Positions 56,399 through 64,000 of a DNA stretch of 64,000 nucleotides are shown here, in pieces (within the stretch, counting starts at the first letter, position 1; every line of letters begins with the position of its first letter). The notes beneath the pieces were generated by a model. It did no database searches, was not told the DNA's origin, and worked only from the letters and a program-made list of their open reading frames with translations. The stretch is taken from the NCBI GenBank assembly GCA_944321925.1, contig CALUND010000018.1, positions 43,555 through 107,554 of the forward strand, written 5' to 3'. The stretch is from an uncultured Rikenellaceae bacterium. GTDB taxonomy: Bacteria; Bacteroidota; Bacteroidia; Bacteroidales; Rikenellaceae. Position numbers and translations under genes: made by a program.

Positions 56399-59014
56399 AT
56401 GAACCGATTTTCAGTGATCCTCGCCCTCATGATGACATGCTGTTTCGAATGGGGTTGGGCAACAAACCCCAAAGCCAGACCCGAAGCCACCGTTACGACA
56501 GGAAATGCCCGTTTTACCGTGCTTACACCCCAGATCATCCGCATGGAGTGGAGCGAAGAGGGACAATTCGAGGACCGCGCTACGCTGACTTTTGTCAACC
56601 GCGAGACTCAACCTCCCAAATTCAAGGTCAAAGAGAGCCGTTCGAAGCTCACCATCACCACCCAGGCATTGACCCTGACTTACCATAAAACCGGAAAATT
56701 CACCCCGGAGAATCTCAACGTCACCTTTCTCCTGAACGGCAAACAGGTTGTCTGGAAACCGGGAATGGAGGATTCGCTCAACCTGCTCGGGACCAGTCGG
56801 ACGCTCGACAAACTCCTCGGAGACGAGATCGTAGAGCCGATTGAACCGGGTGTACTCTCCCGCTCGGGCTGGGCACTCGTCGACGACAGCAAACGGCATC
56901 TGCTTGTTCCCGACGAATCGGTCTGGAAAGAGTGGGTATCGGTCCGACCGGAAGGCGACCGTCAGGACTGGTACCTGTTCGCCTACGGGCACGACTACAA
57001 ACAGGCCCTCGCCGATTACGCATTGCTGGCCGGCAAAGCCCCTCTGCCGCCCAAATACACATTCGGATATTGGTGGAGCCGCTACTGGCAATATTCCGAT
57101 AACGAATTCCGCAACCTGGTCGAACAGATCAAATCGCTGGACATCCCCATCGACGTTCTGATCGTCGACATGGACTGGCACGAAACCTGGGGCATGCGTC
57201 AAATCAATCCCGCCCGCGACGAATACGGCCAACGTATCGGCTGGACCGGTTACACCTGGCAGAAAGAGCTCTTCCCCTCTCCGAGCAACTTCCTGAAATG
57301 GACGAAAACCGAAAATCTGAAGACCGCCCTCAACCTCCACCCCGCATCGGGTATCCAACCCTACGAAGATGTTTACGAAGCCTTCACGAAAGAGTACGGA
57401 TGGACGGAGAGCGGCAAGGGCGTACCCTTCCACATCGACGAACAAAAATGGGCCGACGCCTACTTCAAAACCGTCCTGGAACCGATGGAACGCGACGGCG
57501 TCGACTTCTGGTGGCTCGACTGGCAGCAATGGAAAGAGTCCAAATTCACCCCGGGCCTGAGCAATACGTTCTGGCTCAACCACACCTTCTTCCGCCACGC
57601 CGAACGCCAAAACCCCGACCTGCGGCCCTTCATCTACCACCGCTGGGGCGGTCTGGGCAGCCACCGCTATCCGCTCGCCTTCTCCGGCGACACCTACGCC
57701 ACCTGGTCCACGCTGGCATTCCTCCCCTACTTTACGGCCACGGCCTCGAACGTAAACTACGGCTATTGGGGACACGACATCGGCGGACACCTGTTCCTCT
57801 CCACGCAATTGACAACCGATCCCGAACTTTACACCCGCTGGTTGCAATACGGAGTTTTCACGCCGATCTTCAAGACCCACTCCACCAAAGACATGCGTAT
57901 CGAACGCCGCATCTGGCAGTTCCCCGACCACTTCTTCATCATGCGCGACGCCATTCGCCTACGTTACACGCTGATCCCCTACATCTACAATGCCGCCCGT
58001 CAGAACTACGATACCGGTGTGGGAATGTGTCGCCCGATGTACTACGACTACCCGGAACAGGATGAAGCCTACGAAGCCAAAGAACAATACATGTTCGGCG
58101 ACGATATCCTTGCCACGGCAATCGTATCGCCCCGCGACAGCGTCACCGGACTCGCCGAACGGACCATCTGGTTCCCGGAGGGCGAATGGTACGACTGTGC
58201 AACCGGAGCCATGCATGCAGGCAATCGGATCGACACCTTATATTATACGCTTTCCGAGAATCCCTGGTATGCTCGTGCCGGTGCCATCCTGCCGATGAAT
58301 CCGCAAACGATCGAAAATGTGCAGCAACCGTGCGACACCCTTGTTCTCACGTTCATCCCCGGAGCCGACGGACAACTTCGCCTCTATGAAGACGACGGCA
58401 TCAGCCAGGCCTACAAAGAAAACTTCGCCACCACCCAAATCACCAAACGGACCGAAGGCAACACGATCCGAATCACCGTATCGCCCCGCGAAGGGAGTTA
58501 CGACGGTGCTCCGGCGAGCAGATGCTACGAATTGCGCCTGCCGGCCAACTTCCCTCCGCAAAAGGTGACGGTAAACGGAAAAGAGTATCCCTATGCCCGT
58601 TTCCCGAAGGCCGGAGAGTGGAGCTATGACGCCTACACGCTCGCACCGGTGATCTACACCCCGCGCGAGATGTGCGATCGACCGCTCGAAGTGGTTCTCG
58701 CTTTCGACGACTATGCCATGGCACACCAACGCGACCTCTACGGCAAAAGCGGTGTCTTCAAACGTTGCCTCGATCTGACCGTCGAATTCAAGTACGAGCA
58801 GGGGAAAGCCGACCGCTATCTCATGCTGCCGCAGGAGTATCTGAGCATCTCGCAATGTCCGAACTTCATTCTGGAGGAGCCCGGCCGCACGGCGGAATTC
58901 CTCGATGCCTACCAAAAGAATATGAAAATCCTGTTCGAAAAAATCGACAGCATGCAGGAGATTGGGCCAGCATTCAAGGAGCGCGTGAAAGCCGTGATAA
59001 CCCAAGTGGAATAG
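56399..59014 (+). CDS. Glycoside hydrolase family 31 protein, secreted
   Basis: ORF 56141..59014. Preferred start is 56399 (MNRFSVILALMMTCCFEWGWA, a signal peptide), which has a TATTTTTG -7 box at 56364-56371. GH31-like blocks: WWSRYWQYSDNEF...IPIDVLIVDMDWH, DFWWLDWQQW (nucleophile region), HRYPLAFSGDTYATW, YWGHDIGGH (acid/base region). Confidence 0.85.
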   Translation: MNRFSVILALMMTCCFEWGWATNPKARPEATVTTGNARFTVLTPQIIRMEWSEEGQFEDRATLTFVNRETQPPKFKVKESRSKLTITTQALTLTYHKTGKFTPENLNVTFLLNGKQVVWKPGMEDSLNLLGTSRTLDKLLGDEIVEPIEPGVLSRSGWALVDDSKRHLLVPDESVWKEWVSVRPEGDRQDWYLFAYGHDYKQALADYALLAGKAPLPPKYTFGYWWSRYWQYSDNEFRNLVEQIKSLDIPIDVLIVDMDWHETWGMRQINPARDEYGQRIGWTGYTWQKELFPSPSNFLKWTKTENLKTALNLHPASGIQPYEDVYEAFTKEYGWTESGKGVPFHIDEQKWADAYFKTVLEPMERDGVDFWWLDWQQWKESKFTPGLSNTFWLNHTFFRHAERQNPDLRPFIYHRWGGLGSHRYPLAFSGDTYATWSTLAFLPYFTATASNVNYGYWGHDIGGHLFLSTQLTTDPELYTRWLQYGVFTPIFKTHSTKDMRIERRIWQFPDHFFIMRDAIRLRYTLIPYIYNAARQNYDTGVGMCRPMYYDYPEQDEAYEAKEQYMFGDDILATAIVSPRDSVTGLAERTIWFPEGEWYDCATGAMHAGNRIDTLYYTLSENPWYARAGAILPMNPQTIENVQQPCDTLVLTFIPGADGQLRLYEDDGISQAYKENFATTQITKRTEGNTIRITVSPREGSYDGAPASRCYELRLPANFPPQKVTVNGKEYPYARFPKAGEWSYDAYTLAPVIYTPREMCDRPLEVVLAFDDYAMAHQRDLYGKSGVFKRCLDLTVEFKYEQGKADRYLMLPQEYLSISQCPNFILEEPGRTAEFLDAYQKNMKILFEKIDSMQEIGPAFKERVKAVITQVE

Positions 59015-59083
59015 GGCGATCGACAAGGGGCTGAAAAATTCTTTCGGCCCCTTTCTCGTTGTTCCGACCGCCAAACAAAACAC

Positions 59084-59122
59084 CGGGTCCGACACCGCCG
59101 TGTGTCGGACCCGATCCTTTTT
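59084..59122. terminator. Bidirectional intrinsic terminator between GH31 (+) and dps (-)
   Basis: CGGGTCCGACAC (59084-59095) pairs with GTGTCGGACCCG (59102-59113). CCTTTTT follows on the plus strand, and an A-run (CAAACAAAACA) on the other side gives a T-run on the minus strand. Confidence 0.8.
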
Positions 59123-59141
59123 CAGACAAACTTCAGAAATC

Positions 59142-59639
59142 CTACTTGCCTCCGCAAGCCGCCTTGCCCTCAGAGAATGCGCAGAGCATCCAGACCAATT
59201 TCTCCTGTCCAGCCAGGTAATCGCTGATCATCGAAGCGGTCACCTCGTCTCCTGCGGCCGACGCAACGGCAAGCAACTCGCGCTCTTCGCCAATCAAGAC
59301 CTTATAGGTATCGAGTACATGGCCCAGAGCCTCTCCGCCGCACGACACACCGTCGATCTCCTTTACCTTGGCCACCTTCAGGTAGTCGCTGTACTTGTTT
59401 GCCGGCACACCGCCCAATTGCAGGATCCGTTCCGCAATCTGATCGACCTTCTCGGCCGCATCGTCGTACAGCTCCTCGAATTTGGCATGCAGGGTGAAGA
59501 ATGCGTGCCCCTTGATGTTCCAATGGAACCCGCGGAGATTGGCATAATAGAGCTGGAAGTCGGCCAGCAACTGCTGAAGAGAGTTCACGATCTTGTTCGC
59601 ATCGGCACTGTTCAATTGAAGATAATCCAACGTTTTCAT
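59142..59639 (-). CDS. dps: Dps-family DNA-protection / ferritin-like protein
   Basis: 165 aa. Motifs YANLRGFHWNIKGHAFFTLHAKFEELYDD and DQIAERILQLGG. Confidence 0.92.
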   Translation of the reverse strand: MKTLDYLQLNSADANKIVNSLQQLLADFQLYYANLRGFHWNIKGHAFFTLHAKFEELYDDAAEKVDQIAERILQLGGVPANKYSDYLKVAKVKEIDGVSCGGEALGHVLDTYKVLIGEERELLAVASAAGDEVTASMISDYLAGQEKLVWMLCAFSEGKAACGGK

Positions 59640-59687
59640 GTTCTTGTATTTTTAAGGTTTATAAATTTTATCTCTTGTTTCCTGGCA

Positions 59688-59695
59688 CAAAGATA
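59688..59695 (-). promoter_or_regulatory. -7 promoter box (TATCTTTG on the minus strand) upstream of dps
   Basis: Plus-strand CAAAGATA at 59688-59695, 49 nt upstream of the dps ATG at 59639. Confidence 0.45.
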
Positions 59696-59836
59696 AAGCG
59701 CCCGAACACATAAATCAAATCGATTTGACTTATAAAACAATAGACAAAATCTATAAATCCACTGCAAACAAGTCAGAACACGAAAACAGGCCGACCCCGC
59801 TCCAGAAGTCCGCAAAAAACATTCCTGTTCGGCACG

Positions 59837-60916
59837 TCAACGGATGCCGTAACGGGAAAGAATCTTAAAAATCTTTGGGGCAATCTTGTTGATCATACGA
59901 TCGAAACCCAAATCGTTCGGATGGGTGCCGTCGCAAGTTCCGAGATGATCGAGCCCCAGAAAATCCTCTCCGTCGATGAAGTAGAAATCGGGTACCTTCT
60001 CCTCCTTCAGGATACGTGCAGCTTCCCTTGCCGCTGCACGCTTTTCAGCCTCCATGTTCGCGAAATAGTGATTGAAGTTAACTGTTTCGCGCCCGGTGGT
60101 CTGAATGAGTACAATCGGCACGCCCGGCAACCGATCCCGCAGATAATGGACAAAAGGAACCGTTCGCTCGGCGATCTCCTTGGCCGACGGATTGGGCATG
60201 CAGTCGAGAATCAGCATGTCGGGCTTCGACTCCACGAGCACATCCCACATCTCCCGCTGCATCTTCCCATTCCCCGAGCAGCCGAGGTTGATGAAGTGGA
60301 TGCCCGAACTGCGCGAAAGCCGGGCCGGATAGGCCATGCCAGATCGACTTCCCGAAGCTCCGTGCGCAATGCTCGACCCGTAGATCACGACGCGATGACG
60401 AAACGGATCGTCCATCGGAACGGCTGAAAATCCCTCGTCGATCCCAATCTCCAACGAGGTCAATTCGGCAAACAGCGGCAAATAGAGCAGGCACTCTTTC
60501 CACGAGGAGTCCATCTTCTGCACAACGACAGCCTCGTGGGTATTCTCAGAGGGCGTTCCGACACCGGCCCACACCCATTCTCCATCGCGACGGATATAGA
60601 GATCGAGCCCCCTTTGGGCAATCGGCGTCATGTTGGCATACAGGGAACGCGGAGTCGTACTCCAACGGGCCGTAATCTGCGGACTGTTCGTCCGGAAAGC
60701 GACCGCCAGTCCGGCCGGACAGAGGTATTGTTTCTCCACCCCCGACGGCAAAGAGAATCGGGCCGTATCGATACGATGATAGGGATTGCCCGAGGGACGA
60801 TTCACGGCATGCCCCACAAGCGTGAAATCCGACGCCTGAACATAACGGATCTGCCCCTCCGACGACTGCAAGGCCGCCAGAGAAAACACAAGAGCCAATA
60901 ACAAAAATTTCTTCAT
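59837..60916 (-). CDS. SGNH/GDSL-family hydrolase with N-terminal beta-sandwich domain, secreted
   Basis: 359 aa with a signal peptide. Block I IYGSSIAHGASG, block III LGCSGNG, block V CDGTHPND. Confidence 0.82.
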   Translation of the reverse strand: MKKFLLLALVFSLAALQSSEGQIRYVQASDFTLVGHAVNRPSGNPYHRIDTARFSLPSGVEKQYLCPAGLAVAFRTNSPQITARWSTTPRSLYANMTPIAQRGLDLYIRRDGEWVWAGVGTPSENTHEAVVVQKMDSSWKECLLYLPLFAELTSLEIGIDEGFSAVPMDDPFRHRVVIYGSSIAHGASGSRSGMAYPARLSRSSGIHFINLGCSGNGKMQREMWDVLVESKPDMLILDCMPNPSAKEIAERTVPFVHYLRDRLPGVPIVLIQTTGRETVNFNHYFANMEAEKRAAAREAARILKEEKVPDFYFIDGEDFLGLDHLGTCDGTHPNDLGFDRMINKIAPKIFKILSRYGIR

Positions 60917-60929
60917 GGGATCGTATGAA

Positions 60930-62225
60930 TTAAGAGTACTTTCGAGGATATTTCAACCCGATGGCCAACAGGGCAAAAAGCCCCATGACGATCGGATAAT
61001 AGAGGTAGCGGACGATTTCGAGCGGAGAGATGGCAGCCAGTCCGGCCGCCATCAGCAGCTGAGCCCCGTAAGGAATAATGCCCTGCACGAAACAGGAAAA
61101 CGTATCGAGCAGACTGGCACTCTTCCGACGATCCACTCCGAACCGTTCGGCAATACCGAGAGCGATCGGTCCGACCGTGATAATGGCGATCGTGTTGTTG
61201 GCGGTACAGAAATTGGCCAGAGAAACGAGTGCCGCGATACTCAACTCGGCGCCGCGTTTACCGGAAACCCGACGCGTAAGGTGTGAGATGAGAAATTCGA
61301 TGCCGCCATTGATCCGGATCATCTCCAACATGCCACCGGCCAACAAAGTCACAATAATCAACTCCCCCATATCGGCAATTCCATCCCCCATCGCACCGAT
61401 CCAGGAGAAAAAACCGAGTGACCCGGTAGCCAGACCGACAACCCCCGTCAGCAAGATACCCGCCACGAGGACTGCCATGACATTCACCCCTGCCACGGCA
61501 AGTGCCAGTACCAGCAGGTAAGGGGTCACCTTCAACCACTCCACCGCAGGCAATGCCGTCGGCTCGCTCACCGCTCCGCCGGAAAAAAGATAGATAATCA
61601 ACACGGCCAGAGCCGCCGGAGCGACAATCCGCAAATTCACCCGGAACTTATCGCGCATATCGACTCCCTGCGTACGGGTCGCCGCAATGGTCGTATCGGA
61701 AATAAATGAAAGATTGTCGCCGAAAAAGGCCCCACCCACCACAATGGCAGTCATGTAGGGGACCGAAACACCGGTCTGTTCGGCCAGTCCGAGCGCCACG
61801 GGAACCAGCGCTACGATCGTACCGACCGATGTCCCGATCGAAATCGAAATAAAACAGGTTGCCAAAAAGATCCCTGCCGGAATCAACTCGGCCGGCAAGA
61901 CGCGAAGCGTCAACCCCACGGTCGCATCGATCGCCCCCATTCCGGAAGCGGAACGGGCGAAGGCTCCCGCCAAGATAAAGATCCAAATCATCGTGAGGAT
62001 GTTGCCGTTGGCAGCTCCGTTGGAGAAAGAGGCGATCCGCTCGGAAAGCCGCATTCCGGGCGTAAAAACAACCGCAAAAACAGCCGCGGTCACAAAAGCC
62101 ACAGAAACCGGGACCTTATAAAAATCCCCCGCGACCAGCGAGGCCCCCAAATAGAGCATCAAAAAAACGACCAGCGGCATAAGCGCCCACCAGTTTCCAC
62201 CCGGCTTGTTGCGATCCAAACGCAT
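60930..62225 (-). CDS. nhaC: NhaC-family Na+/H+ antiporter-like transporter
   Basis: 431 aa, polytopic (about 11-12 TM helices). NhaC-like sequence throughout (ILAGAFARSASGMGAID..., GDNLSFISDTTIAATRTQG). Confidence 0.8.
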   Translation of the reverse strand: MRLDRNKPGGNWWALMPLVVFLMLYLGASLVAGDFYKVPVSVAFVTAAVFAVVFTPGMRLSERIASFSNGAANGNILTMIWIFILAGAFARSASGMGAIDATVGLTLRVLPAELIPAGIFLATCFISISIGTSVGTIVALVPVALGLAEQTGVSVPYMTAIVVGGAFFGDNLSFISDTTIAATRTQGVDMRDKFRVNLRIVAPAALAVLIIYLFSGGAVSEPTALPAVEWLKVTPYLLVLALAVAGVNVMAVLVAGILLTGVVGLATGSLGFFSWIGAMGDGIADMGELIIVTLLAGGMLEMIRINGGIEFLISHLTRRVSGKRGAELSIAALVSLANFCTANNTIAIITVGPIALGIAERFGVDRRKSASLLDTFSCFVQGIIPYGAQLLMAAGLAAISPLEIVRYLYYPIVMGLFALLAIGLKYPRKYS

Positions 62226-62500
62226 CTTCGTTCACGATTTTCGACAAAATTAACGATTTTCTCCGCCCGGACAATTTTCGATCGGCAGAAAACCGAAGAT
62301 CGACTCTACCTCACAAATGCCGACAAGCCTCTCGGAAACCGACTGGCCCAGTCCAAAACAGCTGTCGCTGCCGGCATCAAGCCCCCCCCTTACAATTTTT
62401 CTACACGAGAAAAGCGCCTCCTATTCCGTTTCGCAAAGCAAAGTCCCGAATTATCCATGCAGGCAATGGAGACTTCACGACTCTACCCCCGCGAAAAACA

Positions 62501-63346
62501 TCAGCGATTCCGGTATTCGCCCGGAGTCATGCCGACATGCCGCTTGAAATACTTGCCGAAAAAAGAGACATTCGGAAAATTGAGCGAATAGGCGATCTCC
62601 TGAATCGTCTGATCGGTCGATTTGAGCTGCGCTTTTATATCCATGATAACCACCTCGGCGATAATCTCCGAAACGGTACGTCCCGTCACCTGATGGACCG
62701 TCATGCTGAGATGCTGCGGCGTGATGTGAAGCAGATCGGCATAAAACGAGACCCGCCGGTTCGTCATGTAGTGTTTCGCTACGAGCTGGGCCAGCTCCTT
62801 GCAAATCTCCTCCGCCCGCGATTTCGACCGGTTGTTCCACTCCTGTCGATCGTAACAAGCGCCGACCCCGTGCATAAGCGCAGAAAGGATGCTCCGCGTG
62901 ATCTCCCGGTTGGGATTCTTCATCATCCAGTCATAATTCCGGCAAAGAAACGCAAAATAGTCCTGCAACACGGCGGCAGTCCCTTCGTCCAGCGACAATA
63001 CGGGATTCTCGATGACAAGCGGATAAAAATTCATTGAAGTCTTCACGATCATCGCCTGGTTGACAAAATCGGAAGAGAATGCGACAAAATAGAGTCGGAG
63101 AGGTTCCCGACTCTCTCTCCGACGAAATTGGATGATACTGCCCGGGACGACGGAGATCAAATCGCCCTTTTCGACCCGATAGTCATTGAGATTGACCGAC
63201 GCATCCAGAGAACCCTGCACGCAAAGCACGAACAACCCGGCTTTCACTCGGCACGGAGCATGGTAAACGGCGACCATTTCCCCCTTAATATCTTCTTCCA
63301 CAAGGAAATCGACCGAAATATCGAGTTGTTGCAGATTGTGTTTCAT
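62501..63346 (-). CDS. AraC-family transcriptional regulator
   Basis: 281 aa. Cupin-like N-domain. C-terminal HTH: VSFYADLLHITPQHLSMTVHQVTGRTVSEII...IAYSLNFPNVSFFGKYFKRHVGMTPGEYR. A minus-strand TATCTTTG -7 box lies at 63366-63373. Confidence 0.88.
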   Translation of the reverse strand: MKHNLQQLDISVDFLVEEDIKGEMVAVYHAPCRVKAGLFVLCVQGSLDASVNLNDYRVEKGDLISVVPGSIIQFRRRESREPLRLYFVAFSSDFVNQAMIVKTSMNFYPLVIENPVLSLDEGTAAVLQDYFAFLCRNYDWMMKNPNREITRSILSALMHGVGACYDRQEWNNRSKSRAEEICKELAQLVAKHYMTNRRVSFYADLLHITPQHLSMTVHQVTGRTVSEIIAEVVIMDIKAQLKSTDQTIQEIAYSLNFPNVSFFGKYFKRHVGMTPGEYRNR

Positions 63347-63496
63347 CGCTTCGAATGGCTTGGAACAAAGATAGGAATTAATGATCCGAAAGAGCAGATA
63401 TCTTAAAAATTGACCATAAAATATTTGATACAGAACTTGAATGGGAGAGCGAAATAATTGAACCTTTGCAAAATATTTTTCGGCAAACCAATCATT

Positions 63497-64000
63497 ATGT
63501 ATATGAAAAGAACGTTATCTTTTTGGTTTTTAGGAGCTTTATGTCTTTCTGTGTTGTTCGCATCGTGCAGCAACGACAAGAATGACGGTCCTTCGTTCAC
63601 GGCATCCAGCCTCAACGGAACCTATTCCAACACCACAGGAGTCGCCGACACGTTGGCCCTCACCTACAGTGATATGCCTTTGCTCGGCAAAAATGTCACG
63701 TTCAACGGCATCGATGAAGAAAACGCCGAACTGACCCTGCAAGGAATCATCCCGGGCGCATACGAAGCTAAACTGGCCGTAAGTTTAGTGAAAAAAGAGA
63801 ATGCCGAAGAGTATCTTTTCGAGGGAAACACAACGGTTAACGGGACATCCGTCAACTATGCCGGCTCGATCAAAAAAGGAAAACTGACCATCGATGTGGA
63901 TGCTACACTCCCCTCCAGTACGCTTGTCGGGACCTGGTCGTTGCCCACATACAACCCCGCCCAAGACTCTTTGACTAATCCGGTCTTCGTTTATTGGGAA
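63497..64000 (+). CDS. Lipoprotein of unknown function (lipocalin-like?), 5' part only; runs off the right window edge
   Basis: My translation from ATG 63497 (alternative start 63503) gives MYMKRTLSFWFLGALCLSVLFASCSNDKNDGPSF... It has a lipobox plus an acidic export-like motif and stays open to nt 64000. Not in the ORF track because it has no in-window stop. Confidence 0.7.
   Translation, partial: MYMKRTLSFWFLGALCLSVLFASCSNDKNDGPSFTASSLNGTYSNTTGVADTLALTYSDMPLLGKNVTFNGIDEENAELTLQGIIPGAYEAKLAVSLVKKENAEEYLFEGNTTVNGTSVNYAGSIKKGKLTIDVDATLPSSTLVGTWSLPTYNPAQDSLTNPVFVYWE

Overview
The window looks like a GC-rich chromosomal core region of a Bacteroidota genome, possibly Alistipes or another Rikenellaceae. 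That placement is inference only, from lipoprotein signals followed by acidic surface-export motifs, BACON-type domains, recurring TAnnTTTG -7 promoter boxes and absent Shine-Dalgarno sequences. I support about 55 protein genes and one tRNA. Most are housekeeping: trxA-dnaE, priA-comF, frr-pyrH, dxs, rnhB, metX-purD, folD, rdgB, tatAC, tsaC, folE, rbfA, folK-holB-dut and dps. I saw no rRNA, CRISPR array, integrase, transposase, phage gene or recognisable defence gene. Genes from about 40.7 to 56.1 kb form one uninterrupted minus-strand array with many 1-10 nt overlaps. The candidates worth a second look are: (1) a four-gene operon at 1-6.8 kb (giant surface lipoprotein, DRGH endonuclease lipoprotein, secreted EEP-fold enzyme, TonB-dependent receptor) that reads like a utilisation locus for extracellular nucleic acid rather than glycan; (2) a Tat-signal Gfo/Idh/MocA oxidoreductase plus a 1131-aa HEAT-repeat protein ending in two DUF1080 domains, placed directly upstream of tatA-tatC; (3) a translationally coupled DUF4199 / GT2 polyprenyl-phosphate glycosyltransferase / DUF4293 membrane trio; (4) a tRNA-CAT with tRNA-Ile2-like acceptor pairs and a non-canonical T-arm; (5) two low-GC islets, one holding an orphan Mfa2-like lipoprotein and one an orphan AraC regulator with repeated upstream motifs. 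None of these is proven novel. All functional calls rest on my reading of the translated sequences and remembered family signatures, with no database search. The very long antisense ORFs in the track are explained by codon bias and are rejected as genes.
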